Shown: positions 20,001 to 30,498 of the stretch, piece after piece
How positions within the stretch are numbered: position 1 is the first letter of the stretch
Layout: each line of letters starts with the position of its first letter
Sequence record: SRR22947727_1585
DNA length: 37,068 bases
Strand: one strand, 5' to 3'
Made by a program: the position numbers and the translations under genes
Notes under the pieces: model-generated
What the model saw: the letters and a program-made list of their open reading frames with translations, nothing else
What the model was told of the DNA's origin: nothing
Database searches by the model: none

Positions 20001-23000
20001 TTAATTTCTAGTCCGTGAGCATATTCTGTAGTGATTTGGACAATACCTGTCGCCTCATTGTAAGGGGCATCAATAATATTGACTACTGTGGAAGAGTAAC
20101 CACCACAATCAAACTTGATATCCTTGAGGACGATAATGTCATCCTTACCAATACCTAGACCCGTGAGTGAGTTTGGTGTAGTGATGACTAGTGACCCAGT
20201 ATTTTCAACATAGGTGGCACTACTAATCGTGAGTTCTGCCGTTGCCGGAGCACCGTAGGCAGTAACTACCAACTCACCACTATCTTTGTTGTAGTCAGCA
20301 TACCTGACATCAGTTGTAACACCAACTGTGTTTGTAGTAATAATGCCAACGACCTCACCATTCACAATCTCTGCCTCGATACTAGCACCATAGAGTGGAG
20401 CGTATCCAAGACCTGGAGTAGAACCGAGAGAAACGATTAGACCACCACGAGGAATCTGGTTTTGGTTGATATCAAACTCTGACTCAACGCGTTGTCCGTT
20501 AGTTGAAGTAACACCAGTGAAAGTAACAGAACTAATACCTTGATTTTCATCTGTGGTGTAGAAGTAGTTGTTTCCTTCATTGTTCTCAGTTGTTGGCGTC
20601 TGATAGATGTCATTGATGATTAGGACACCTGAACCATTTTCAACTAGAGATACAGCAGCACCAACATTGGTGATGGGGAAAGTGTTTTTAACACCATCAA
20701 AGAAGTCACTGTAGTCGTCAAACACAGCAATCTGGTCATACTCTCTTTGTAGGAATACACGACCTTGGAATGAAGCGTTGGTCTCAACAATGTTGCTTTC
20801 GTTGATAGCAACTGGTCCCTTACCATCAGGTGCTTCAGTGAATACGATGTCACTCTCCACGATGTTATAGGAACCTCTGTAGAGGATAGCACCGATGCTA
20901 TTTCCGTGGTCAGTAGCAGCAGAACCAACAACACCACGCTCAACATCGATGAGTGGAATGGTGCCCGTGTTATTAATAGGACCACTGAGTGATGTGGAGA
21001 AACCGACATTTTCAATCTTCACATACTCTTCTTCAATCTTCAATAGGTCACCAACACGAATAGTGCCGATTCCTACGAGAGGAATATAGTTTTGCTCATA
21101 ATCAAGAGCAGTAGTAGTATCAAATACCTTGTTAGATGTAGCAATAGGTGATTGAATAACACCGTTGATAGTGAAGAGACCTTTTTCAAGTTTCTTCTTC
21201 ATACCAATACGATGGTCGTTACCAGTACCAAAACCAACTAGTGTTATTGGATCTAGATTGATTGCATCTGCGGCACTTACCGCTAGAGAGAATCTGTTGA
21301 GGTCACGCTTGATAGCGTATACCGTTTCAGGCATATCCTGAACTACACCACCAATATCTACCTGGATTGGAGAAGCACCAATACCTTCAACGGAGTTTTT
21401 TGGTTCATAATATAGTTCCTCACCAGTAGAGAAGAAGTGCTCTTTGATATTGAAGAGGTTGAAGTTGTTTGGTCCTTGGTTGGTAATTACATCATTAGGG
21501 GCAAATGCCTTTTCATAGATGGGAATACCTTGATAGGTCAACTCGAAACGGACATTGTTTGTCCTCTCACCAAGAGGAGCAATGTAACGCTCTATGTAAT
21601 ACTTTTCTTCACTCTCAGAATAAACTAGAGCATCACCACTGTAGTTGACTCTATCAAGTTCTCTATAGATAATCTCACTGTATGTGTAGAGGTTGATTGT
21701 CTGTAGTGGGAGTAGGTCAGCATCTGGATAGAAGTTGAGAATCCAGTCACCACCAACTAGTTCAGAACCAAAGGTACCAATACCAGGTCCAGGAACACCA
21801 TCACCTTCGGTGATGAATGGATATTCATTTACATATGTGCTTCCATCAGAGTTGATGGTCATAACTTGGTGAATAGCACCGAAGTTAGGTGACTCGAAGT
21901 AAACAACAGAGCGGACGGACTGGAATAGAGTTCTATTGAGTCTCCAAACCTCGATGACAGAACTATTGCTAAGACCACTGCTTACATCAGACTGTAGGAT
22001 GAGTGACCTTTCCTGACCATTACCAATATTCTTCTTTCTGAAGCGATATGGGTTGGTTCCTGCTACATCTACTTCATTATACTCAGTAGACTTAGTAACA
22101 ACAGACTGGATAGCACTGCTATTATTTTTGTAGTCAATAGCGATAGCACCATTTCTGATTGTAGCAGTAAACTCACCTGGAGCATCTCCACTGAAACCAA
22201 CCTGACTATCAGCATTGAATCCATAGGTGGCGATATGTGTATTGCCATCTACGATAAAGGCATAAACCTCAATATAGAATGGGCGACCAATGGAGTTGAT
22301 GATTTGGACATTTAAGAAGCAACCATTAGCACTTGTAGCAGACTGAGTTTCACGGAAGATTTCCTCTGTTAGTCCACCCCCAATAGTAATTGCCTTACCA
22401 CCCAACATCACATTACCGATGTCTACCTTCTGGTCTCCCTCAAAGATGAAGCGGTTGGTGAAGAGTTTAAAGTCCATATCGAACTCTTCAGTATCGAATG
22501 GAGAATATCTTAATGTGTACTCAGATGATGGTAGTGCTTCACCTTCGAAGATACCATATCCTTTATCTGTATTGCCATCCCAAACGATTGCCTTTTGTAG
22601 AGTGTATGCTCTGTTATTCCAAGCAAGTAGAATAACTTCAGTCAACTCAACCTGGTCGGTGAATGGGTTTCTCGCTTGTAGCAAACCACGAGTATATTCA
22701 CTATTGACAACATAGAATTCAATGTAGTCCTCTTGACCACGGATGTTGTCAGCATCAATGAAATCATCACTGATATCGTCACATAGGAGGACACGGTTAG
22801 TCTTTGCCTCGATGTAGTCAGTTAGGCGTTTGTTGGGTGTCTTACTATTGAATCTAATAGCGTTTGATAGATTCTCATATACTTCAGCGTCATAACCAAG
22901 GTCAAATACATTGATACGGTCAACACGGAGAGGTGTGCCCATTTCATCAGTCAAACCAATGAGGTCAATAGTGAAGTTGAAGTTTGACTCACTTGAAGCA

Positions 23001-26000
23001 ACACCAATATTGGAACTACTCTCAATCTTAGTTTCGGAGAAATTCTTGAGACCTGCTGGGTGGACGAGTCTGTTTACTGGTCCAATCATATCTACAAAGT
23101 TGACTTCACTCTTGATTGAATATGAGAGATTCTGATAGTAGTCATTATCTGGTAGGCACTGGAATTCTTCACCAACAAAACCAGTTTGGTCATTCCAACC
23201 AGTATCAATTCTAGAAACAGAATCTACCTGGAAACGACACTCACCTGCCTGAATGGAGATAATAGTCAGAGTAACACCTGATACATTACCTTTGACAATA
23301 TCACCTGGGAGTAAGTTATATTCACCAGTTACTTTGAAGTAGTTGGTGCTGGTTTCTTCTACAACGAGATCGGTAGGACGAACTGTTCCAGACTCATCAA
23401 ATACAGACAATCTCTCACCACTAATCAAAGTAGCAGTCTCTTGACTCACAACGAATACTGGGTAATTCTTTCTATTGACGATAGAAGAGAATGACCTCTG
23501 GTTTGTTACACCAATACCAATCTGCTGTGCTGTTTCTGGTGGATACTGGACACTAAGAACAATGGGGTTAGTTGGTGAAACACCAATAACATTGAAGAAC
23601 TTGTATCCATAATCAGCAGAGTTGAGGTTGGTTGTTGTTACACCAACTTCAGGAATAATATTCTCAACAAAACACTGGTCTCCAACAGCAAATGGTGGGT
23701 TGACATAGTTGAGAATTGGGGTCTGTAGTCTATAACTTACAATACCTGTGTTTCTATCAATCTGGTCAATCTTAGAAATAGGAATACCATTACTGTTGTT
23801 GATGGTATACAACTCATGGAGACGCTTAGCCAAACCAGTAGGTGGTACATCTACCTCTACATCTGAGATAATAGACTGCTGTACATCCAATACAATTGAT
23901 CCAGTAGTGTTTGTCTCTCTCGTAAGTGAATCAATTAGGACAGCATTTGGTGCTGACTGATAACCATAACCACCATAAAGAATAGAAATGTCTGTTACAA
24001 AATCAGAGTCACTATATTCAATCTTAGGTTGGATAGTTCCAGCAGGGCGAAGTGTATTATCAGCAGAATAACCCCAACCAGCGTTCTGGATACGGAAACT
24101 TGCTACCCTACCAATATCATCAGACTTGGCACGAAGAGAAGCATTTAGTCCAAACTCACTCGTAATGTCAATATACTCAGGAAGTTTTGAGAAGTTGTCT
24201 CCAGAAGAAATCACTCTTACTTTACCAACACCACCATTAGCAGAAGATGATGAAGTTGTATATGAAACAATACCAGTGACTCCATTAATATAACTCGAAC
24301 TTTCTGGAAGTTTGAGTAGTGAATACGAGAAACTATCTTCGCTAAGTGTAGTAACACCTGCTCTCAATGTATATTTGCTATCGACATATGATACTGAGTT
24401 GTTAGTTCTAGCATTTTTGTCGGCAGTAGAAATATAACCACCAATCTCTAAACCGTAGTAAATGATATCGGGATTATTTTTGCTGAATTCTATTGTCTTA
24501 GAAGCATTAGGATATCCCTCAGTAGAGACACCGCTGACAACAAACCTATTATCAATACTATTATTATCAAAGATTTCTGTTAGTCTTTCGTCATAGAAGA
24601 ACTTTAATTCCTTGTCTAATAGACTTTCATCACTAATGTCAAACAAGACATCGTTGTTCTTGGTAATTCTGAGTTGTGGATTTACTCTAGCAAAGGTATG
24701 AGTTCCAACTCCAACACCATTGGTTCCGACTCCAACAGGAATAACAACCTCAGAACCAGGTGTAACATCCTTGAATGTTTCTCCTAGTTGGAACTGGTCT
24801 CTATCGTAAGGAATTACAAAATACTTTTTATGTGTCTCAAGACCAGCAACTGATGTTCCATCGTTTAGATAGATTAGATACTCACCCAATTCATATCCAT
24901 GAAGTGGGATATTGATTCGGTTAGAAATCGTATTGATGCCCACTGCCTCTTTAGGATCAACATATAGGGATAGGGACTCCTCGTCGAATAGGACTTCGAC
25001 AGAAGGATAAGTTCCAACACCAGAAATTCCCTGAGAGAATACCTTAACATCGACAAAGTCTCTATTTTTGAGATTGTGTGGAAGATTAAGTTGTACAACT
25101 CCTTGAACTCGATCGAGCAATGCTGTCTCAGTGACTCTATTTGGACGAATGTTGTATAGAGGACTATTAGACCCATTTGTTAGGAAGAATAGGTCAGCAC
25201 CTCTGGACTCGGTTCTAAAACCGATGTAATCTGGTGAGTATTTAACAACATATAGTGAACTGGTGTTTACACCAACATCAGGGAATAGATAAACAGCACC
25301 AGTGCTGTCTAAGCGGTCTCTACAAGCGATTCTATCGTCGTTATTTCTCTTCTCGATGACAATCTCTTCACCAGTCCTAAAGTCGTGTCCTGGAGCATAT
25401 AACTGCTTTACAGGAATCTCCATTGCTCTCTGGATATTACCTACACCAAATGTGACTGGATGTGATGTTCCAGTAAATGTGCCGAGACCAATGGTCTGGC
25501 GTGGGTTGAAGTAATATTGTTCGTTGATATCTGAATCAAGTTCAAAATCTTTGGCATTGAATTCAATCTCAAAGTAATTTGGAATGATTTCAATCTGAGC
25601 ACCAATTTTCTTATCAGCACTATATTGCTCTGGGCGAACGACTCTTAGTGCCTTTTGGATTGGGAAGATATTGATAACGGTTGCTGCTTCTGCAGTAGAA
25701 CCAACACCAACATTCTCACCAATCTGAATGCTAGATCCAATACTGACATCTTCAGGGATTGAGTTGACGAAGATATCGGTAACCATCCCAATAGGTGCCC
25801 TTGGTAGAGGAGCAAATAGGGTCATCCTCTTATTGGAGACTCTGATGTCTCTAGGTCCAGCAATGTCTTTGAGATTGGTACCTACACCACTAAAGATAAC
25901 TTGGTCATTGTCGAGATATGCTATTGCTGGGTCAACATATGTTCTAATAGTAGTCTTATTTGTCTGGATAATCTTGACTACTTCCTTACCATAAGAAAGG

Positions 26001-29000
26001 ATTTCACTATTGATACTGACTACCTCTGGTCCTCTTACTTCATTTACAATAGCACTGACATAGTCCTCGTCTGTAGTAAAGTTACAGATATCACCTACTT
26101 TATAACTTTGTCCGGCACCAACAACATCGACAGCACTCACTCTACCATCACGAGTATCATTAATGATGGCATCTTGAGTGTCGAAGAGGTATGACTGGAC
26201 AAGAAACTCAGATCCAGCAAATGGTTCTCCTACCTTGTATGGGAAGGTGTTTCTATAGATTGGTTTATCATTTAGTTCAAAATCTTGATTTAGATTATCT
26301 GATGTCTCACCAATAGGTGAATCTCTGAAACTATCACCAATGAAGTATGGGAATACTGGTGCCTTTGATACTGAGTTTACATCACTAGAGATGCCAGCAA
26401 AGTAAGCATACACACCTTCTGGGAAATCTGGAGTACGGCAATAGCGACCATTATGAATGTCTAGGTCACCCTCACCTGTGTAGTAGTAGTCGTCAACAAA
26501 GAATCCTGCCCCATACTTAGAAAGTGATGGTCTACCTTCGACTTTAGTAGGGTCCAATCTATAGGAAGGAATCATCGCTCTGAAGTCAGAGTTGAGATCC
26601 TCAGGATCACTTAGACCAAAACCACCGTAAATTGGGTTACCATCATTTGCCCATCCAATAATTGGAGAGTGTGAGAATCCTAAGTCATTATAGACATCCT
26701 CACGAAGTTTTCTGTCGTATGCTGTGATTGAGTAGTTGTTATCAACTAGACCCTCAAACCCGAAACGAGCATACAAGTTAATATTAAGTGGACGAATTCT
26801 TGAGATAAGAATCGCATCCTTACCAGTATCAACGACCCTAAGGTCAGTGGTGTTTTCACCATATGAAATACCAGCATTTAGGATGAGAACATCTGAAATT
26901 TCACCATCAGTTACAATAGCACGCAATTGAGCACCAGCACCAGAACCACTACTATCTTCGATAACGATTTCTGGATTCTGCTGATAGAAACGTCCTCTAC
27001 TTAGAATTTGGACACCAGTTACCTCACCGAAAGTTACAATCGGTTTGATACGGGCACCTACACCACGAAGAATAGAAATAGGTGGGTTCTTCTCAAAGTT
27101 GATGATATCAGATCCATAATACCCACCACGGTCAACATACACAGACTCAATTTGACCTTTAATAAATGGTGTGGCAGTAATAATGCCAGTAATGGTTGAT
27201 GCATAGGATACAATAACATCTACACTAATATCAGGATATTTAATGAAGTGTACACCTTGTCCTTCGTCTCTTAGGTCAATGAAATCTCTACGATCAAAGT
27301 CATAGTTAGATGTACCAGCAATACCAGCGTTACAGAACTTGATAGTATTTTCATCAGGAACTACCAACTTATACTTGAGTGTTGTGCTGAGACCACTAAT
27401 AGGTGCTGATGGGACAGTAGTAAATCCTAGACCGACAACGCCATACTCGACGATGTCACCAGTTTGAAATCCGTGATTATCGTAGCGGAGTTCATCATAC
27501 TCAACAACAATATTCTTTGGACCAAACCTCATATTACGATAATAGAAGTCATCACTATCACCCTTAAGTGTAGCGCCAATTAGTGTATTTTTAGCTAGAG
27601 TATCGAATGACTGAACACCAAAACCTGTGAAGTTGGAGGTTAGACCAACAGGATTTCCACCGTTTTCGAGATCCTCTAGAGTTTCGAATAGTTGTACAGT
27701 TCTGTTGTTTACTGGTTTTGCAAAATAAACACCACCATTAGATAGTCTCTGGAATGCAGAAGCATTGCTACCAAAAGCACTAGCAATACCAATACTTTCT
27801 TCACCCTTATTGTTGTAGATGATTTTCTCACCACGAGGTAGTTTGTGGTCTACCAAGAATAGGATTGATTCATCATTGGGATCAACACCACCACCGAATT
27901 GAATGAGTCGTGAGTCGAATGGAATACTTCTCTTTCGTCTTTCGATTTGAGGTGTAGCAATAGCACCTTCTATATTATTGCCTCCACTAACTCGGATATC
28001 AAATACCTTATCGATATCAAAATCTTGTGGGTCAATAAGAATTTTCTCAATCTGACCTCTAATTACAGGTGTAGCAAGTGCTCTTTGAGTATTGACTCCA
28101 ACAGGAACAACTGCTCTAGTATCAGTAATCTGAATATCTGGTTCAGATACCAATAATCGTGGAGGACTTATTACACTATAACCCTCGCCACCAGCAACCG
28201 CATCAATGGACTTGATTGGTCCTAGGTATACATTATCTCGAGATTTGTAGGAGTATGCCTCAACACCATTTGTTAAGATGGCAATAGAACCAGTATTAGT
28301 TTCAACTGGTGGTCTATCAATAGAGACATTTAACTTGTTTGCCTTGACATTGATAGGAATCTTATGGAATGATCTTTGAGTAACAATCCTTCTCTGATTC
28401 TGACTTTCTAGAGTGAATGTGTGTGAACCAATTTCAACACCTGTTCTGATTTCCAGAGGAACTGTGTTGATGCTACCAATAAATGATGGTGACAAGTATA
28501 GTTTGATTCTTCTTGAATCAGGTAGTACTTCAACAAAATATTCACCTAGTGAGCAGAAACCAGGATTTCTTGTTGAGGTAGTTTTGTAGGTTACTAGGTC
28601 ACCCGTGATGAAGTCAACAACATCATCAAATACAATAGTGCTGTAGGTATTTGTAAAACTATTATAATCTTCTAAGTTAGTTGTTGTAAAACCAACAATA
28701 GCGGCGTCAGTAATCTTTACATCAATTGGGTATGATGGTAAGGAGTTTGTAGCAACATATAGGTTTCTATCATAGTCGGAAGCATCATAGAGGTTTAGAA
28801 TATTGGTTAGAACAGCGTCCTGACCATAATCAATAGGAGTATTTGTAGATGTAGCAAATTGCTGCTTTCTTCTGATGTCAAGTGCGATCTCATCATCTGG
28901 AAGACCAAAAATATCATCAATAGTAATAGTAGCAGAGAAGAAATCAACATTGGTTACAGTTCTATCTCTTAGGACATATTCATTAGAACCCCTTTTGATG

Positions 29001-30484
29001 ATGTCAACAATATCACCAGTTTTGATGACCGACTTGTCCAAGTAACCACTTCTGATCTGGAAGTTGGTACCATTAATCTCAGCAATCTCTAGACGGACAC
29101 TGGTGTTATATACAAAACTATTAGCAACAATTTGTTTGAAGTCTAACTCATCTCTTGTAGCAAACTGACTGACGATATTGGCACCAAGAGTATTGGCACG
29201 GATCTTCTCACCTTCAATACTAAAGGGAATACCTTCTTCATCGAATGTGAGGTCGGACAACACGCCCAACATACGCATTGTTACAATTTCACCATCATCA
29301 GTGGTACCACTAATAATAATATTGTCTACAATCTCATCACCCAAACCAATTGTCTTGTTTGGATCAGAGATACAGGAAACACCTAGGAACTGGTTGACAG
29401 TTTTTGTCTCATAAGTGAAGATGTTGCCGTCATTTGTGTAAAACTTGTTTGGATCTTCTGTAAAGTTGGCATTTGCGTCATAGACGAATCCAATAGTGGT
29501 GTCTACAGTTACTGTAGTATCCTGTTGATTCCAATCTCTCTGGGCAAAAGTTCTTCCTGGGACGGCAAATAGTTTTCTTTCGTTCTCTACTTCATCATTA
29601 GATACAAAGAAGTAAATACGATAATACAAACGACCATCTCTTGTAAATGGTTCGATCTCAGATACAGCACCATATACATCAGTGGTGTTATTCTGGAATA
29701 CAGTCTTACCCTTAATGTCCATAGGGTTGCCCTTTACGGGCACCACAATGGCGTAATCTCTTCGTGAGTAGTCAGCAGTGGATGGTTTGATTAAGAACTG
29801 CTCTAGGTCGATTACAGTGGGTTCCTCACCAAAGAGGACCATAAACAAAATACGAATCGACTCGACACTACCCTTTGTCTGATAGAAAGAGCGTGCCTGA
29901 CGAATCCATTGTCCACTGTTTACTTCACTATTGAAGTCTAGGTCTTCGAAACCAGGAGCAAAGGTAAATTTAAACTTTTTATAGAATTCTTTGAGGAATA
30001 GTGTGCTGAGGTTTTCTAACTCAGTACCACTTTTATGAGTTGCTGCTTCTGATGTATCAAATACTAGTTCGCCCGGATTGGATACGTTAGAATAACTAGT
30101 GATACCACTAAACCCGCGCTGTACACCAGTAAACGAATTAGTAGTGATACCCGTATAGGTGAAAATCTCATTATCTACCTTAAATAGACCCCACTCGTTA
30201 GGGAACGCTCTGGTGTTGTTTACATTGACAACAGTTGAAGTTTCATCAATATCTTCTGTTAACTCATACTGACCATAAACTGCTTCTTTGGACAGATTCT
30301 GGAGTTCGAGATATTGGTCTAAGTTTGAAGCAAAATCAATCGCTCCACCCTGAAATTCTTGGGAGATATAAAACTGCTTCAGAAAGTCGTCTGTTAAAGG
30401 ACTTTCTGTGAGAATAAATTCGGGTAGTTGTGAAGAGACAATGTCTTGAATCTTCACTCTCACATCAATGCCAGTTTCAATCAT
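17048..30484 (-). CDS. gp7: Giant baseplate wedge initiator
   Basis: 4478 aa between gp6 and gp8. Contains SQLPEFI..FLKQFYISQE, RSFYQTKGSVESIRILF and DNDYYQNLSYSIKS..LVHPAGLKNF, with many GxGY and H-G-[LF]-x-x-G-D repeat domains. Confidence 0.9.
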   Translation of the reverse strand: MIETGIDVRVKIQDIVSSQLPEFILTESPLTDDFLKQFYISQEFQGGAIDFASNLDQYLELQNLSKEAVYGQYELTEDIDETSTVVNVNNTRAFPNEWGLFKVDNEIFTYTGITTNSFTGVQRGFSGITSYSNVSNPGELVFDTSEAATHKSGTELENLSTLFLKEFYKKFKFTFAPGFEDLDFNSEVNSGQWIRQARSFYQTKGSVESIRILFMVLFGEEPTVIDLEQFLIKPSTADYSRRDYAIVVPVKGNPMDIKGKTVFQNNTTDVYGAVSEIEPFTRDGRLYYRIYFFVSNDEVENERKLFAVPGRTFAQRDWNQQDTTVTVDTTIGFVYDANANFTEDPNKFYTNDGNIFTYETKTVNQFLGVSCISDPNKTIGLGDEIVDNIIISGTTDDGEIVTMRMLGVLSDLTFDEEGIPFSIEGEKIRANTLGANIVSQFATRDELDFKQIVANSFVYNTSVRLEIAEINGTNFQIRSGYLDKSVIKTGDIVDIIKRGSNEYVLRDRTVTNVDFFSATITIDDIFGLPDDEIALDIRRKQQFATSTNTPIDYGQDAVLTNILNLYDASDYDRNLYVATNSLPSYPIDVKITDAAIVGFTTTNLEDYNSFTNTYSTIVFDDVVDFITGDLVTYKTTSTRNPGFCSLGEYFVEVLPDSRRIKLYLSPSFIGSINTVPLEIRTGVEIGSHTFTLESQNQRRIVTQRSFHKIPINVKANKLNVSIDRPPVETNTGSIAILTNGVEAYSYKSRDNVYLGPIKSIDAVAGGEGYSVISPPRLLVSEPDIQITDTRAVVPVGVNTQRALATPVIRGQIEKILIDPQDFDIDKVFDIRVSGGNNIEGAIATPQIERRKRSIPFDSRLIQFGGGVDPNDESILFLVDHKLPRGEKIIYNNKGEESIGIASAFGSNASAFQRLSNGGVYFAKPVNNRTVQLFETLEDLENGGNPVGLTSNFTGFGVQSFDTLAKNTLIGATLKGDSDDFYYRNMRFGPKNIVVEYDELRYDNHGFQTGDIVEYGVVGLGFTTVPSAPISGLSTTLKYKLVVPDENTIKFCNAGIAGTSNYDFDRRDFIDLRDEGQGVHFIKYPDISVDVIVSYASTITGIITATPFIKGQIESVYVDRGGYYGSDIINFEKNPPISILRGVGARIKPIVTFGEVTGVQILSRGRFYQQNPEIVIEDSSGSGAGAQLRAIVTDGEISDVLILNAGISYGENTTDLRVVDTGKDAILISRIRPLNINLYARFGFEGLVDNNYSITAYDRKLREDVYNDLGFSHSPIIGWANDGNPIYGGFGLSDPEDLNSDFRAMIPSYRLDPTKVEGRPSLSKYGAGFFVDDYYYTGEGDLDIHNGRYCRTPDFPEGVYAYFAGISSDVNSVSKAPVFPYFIGDSFRDSPIGETSDNLNQDFELNDKPIYRNTFPYKVGEPFAGSEFLVQSYLFDTQDAIINDTRDGRVSAVDVVGAGQSYKVGDICNFTTDEDYVSAIVNEVRGPEVVSINSEILSYGKEVVKIIQTNKTTIRTYVDPAIAYLDNDQVIFSGVGTNLKDIAGPRDIRVSNKRMTLFAPLPRAPIGMVTDIFVNSIPEDVSIGSSIQIGENVGVGSTAEAATVINIFPIQKALRVVRPEQYSADKKIGAQIEIIPNYFEIEFNAKDFELDSDINEQYYFNPRQTIGLGTFTGTSHPVTFGVGNIQRAMEIPVKQLYAPGHDFRTGEEIVIEKRNNDDRIACRDRLDSTGAVYLFPDVGVNTSSLYVVKYSPDYIGFRTESRGADLFFLTNGSNSPLYNIRPNRVTETALLDRVQGVVQLNLPHNLKNRDFVDVKVFSQGISGVGTYPSVEVLFDEESLSLYVDPKEAVGINTISNRINIPLHGYELGEYLIYLNDGTSVAGLETHKKYFVIPYDRDQFQLGETFKDVTPGSEVVIPVGVGTNGVGVGTHTFARVNPQLRITKNNDVLFDISDESLLDKELKFFYDERLTEIFDNNSIDNRFVVSGVSTEGYPNASKTIEFSKNNPDIIYYGLEIGGYISTADKNARTNNSVSYVDSKYTLRAGVTTLSEDSFSYSLLKLPESSSYINGVTGIVSYTTSSSSANGGVGKVRVISSGDNFSKLPEYIDITSEFGLNASLRAKSDDIGRVASFRIQNAGWGYSADNTLRPAGTIQPKIEYSDSDFVTDISILYGGYGYQSAPNAVLIDSLTRETNTTGSIVLDVQQSIISDVEVDVPPTGLAKRLHELYTINNSNGIPISKIDQIDRNTGIVSYRLQTPILNYVNPPFAVGDQCFVENIIPEVGVTTTNLNSADYGYKFFNVIGVSPTNPIVLSVQYPPETAQQIGIGVTNQRSFSSIVNRKNYPVFVVSQETATLISGERLSVFDESGTVRPTDLVVEETSTNYFKVTGEYNLLPGDIVKGNVSGVTLTIISIQAGECRFQVDSVSRIDTGWNDQTGFVGEEFQCLPDNDYYQNLSYSIKSEVNFVDMIGPVNRLVHPAGLKNFSETKIESSSNIGVASSESNFNFTIDLIGLTDEMGTPLRVDRINVFDLGYDAEVYENLSNAIRFNSKTPNKRLTDYIEAKTNRVLLCDDISDDFIDADNIRGQEDYIEFYVVNSEYTRGLLQARNPFTDQVELTEVILLAWNNRAYTLQKAIVWDGNTDKGYGIFEGEALPSSEYTLRYSPFDTEEFDMDFKLFTNRFIFEGDQKVDIGNVMLGGKAITIGGGLTEEIFRETQSATSANGCFLNVQIINSIGRPFYIEVYAFIVDGNTHIATYGFNADSQVGFSGDAPGEFTATIRNGAIAIDYKNNSSAIQSVVTKSTEYNEVDVAGTNPYRFRKKNIGNGQERSLILQSDVSSGLSNSSVIEVWRLNRTLFQSVRSVVYFESPNFGAIHQVMTINSDGSTYVNEYPFITEGDGVPGPGIGTFGSELVGGDWILNFYPDADLLPLQTINLYTYSEIIYRELDRVNYSGDALVYSESEEKYYIERYIAPLGERTNNVRFELTYQGIPIYEKAFAPNDVITNQGPNNFNLFNIKEHFFSTGEELYYEPKNSVEGIGASPIQVDIGGVVQDMPETVYAIKRDLNRFSLAVSAADAINLDPITLVGFGTGNDHRIGMKKKLEKGLFTINGVIQSPIATSNKVFDTTTALDYEQNYIPLVGIGTIRVGDLLKIEEEYVKIENVGFSTSLSGPINNTGTIPLIDVERGVVGSAATDHGNSIGAILYRGSYNIVESDIVFTEAPDGKGPVAINESNIVETNASFQGRVFLQREYDQIAVFDDYSDFFDGVKNTFPITNVGAAVSLVENGSGVLIINDIYQTPTTENNEGNNYFYTTDENQGISSVTFTGVTSTNGQRVESEFDINQNQIPRGGLIVSLGSTPGLGYAPLYGASIEAEIVNGEVVGIITTNTVGVTTDVRYADYNKDSGELVVTAYGAPATAELTISSATYVENTGSLVITTPNSLTGLGIGKDDIIVLKDIKFDCGGYSSTVVNIIDAPYNEATGIVQITTEYAHGLEINDYVDLRNLEYNCNSGLSTVGVTAVVYDDSIGVATVTVDSNHGLIIGDSVALSGLGFTCTGASGITTTIFPDGTYGNQFTVLDVTASNEFTIFSGGPTPTITHTYTGGGTATVGLTTTLFPDGSIGFDFPVIDVTSATEFSVNVGPSTIPHLYVTGGTASVGLTTDIFPDKDNTFPVVSVIDDNRFSVDAGISSIPHTYVSGGTWQKFNPFNFGSDGDRPQFVYLDGLEFTCPGNSDGTNRWFDDFSRLISVGLTTTIFPDQTDHFPLVFRDDAAHWRILVGSVGFDHIYVQGGTIGQYTINSVGSGYNHVINVGFDDDNHTGTDAIVEGRPLPGGELEFVVVNPGTGYTDGVYAWCPDPNYYNLPAKTIFRRGAIPEALADAPDQDAWQEQYGGKNLFVTCEVGAANTIAVGRSEYFEVKNYELSNQGFSYYPGDIVEVVGLVTDKSLSEPIEYFQLTVLDTFTDNVSTWNFGELDYIDSIKSLQDGSRTRFPLIYKGETFSFELDPSDESSAAIDLDSILLIYVNTVLQVPVLNYTFDGGTSFEFTGAPFPQDDIDIYFYRGKRGIDSLIVTEIDESIRPGDELQVKKNDYTILTDPDPRSRTQKIRTVTEIASSDTVRTDIYFGNRDIDEVRPRQVAWDKQKRDIFIYGDPAPKTRDSYEPIIQPTGAIIRNVAPADTEIFVDSAEYFEYEAYPEFHPGQPTPVLASLAGRAYQTITSDFVEAKFEAVVNSSGQVTTINIVNAGLGYESSATLSISSPVSGTRATASPILNSIDGSFIAIIVNERGDGYNQASPPTVIAPSPSILFEDIDIGNVQGFSGIITAIRATGGVGPVSKGIEFQYVVESGTVASDLKIGYPVSVVNTVVGQGVESISNSAVNIVGVGTQFLDCVYQVQAVRILGNTGSFEVNVNSGTNLSGIDVDGENLGQFSWGRLSNLVRVPENALNFNDVDGSTFSYDMENYPKIVRTAEGLRNEGGLGKRV

Positions 30485-30498
30485 CAGAGATGTTCCTA

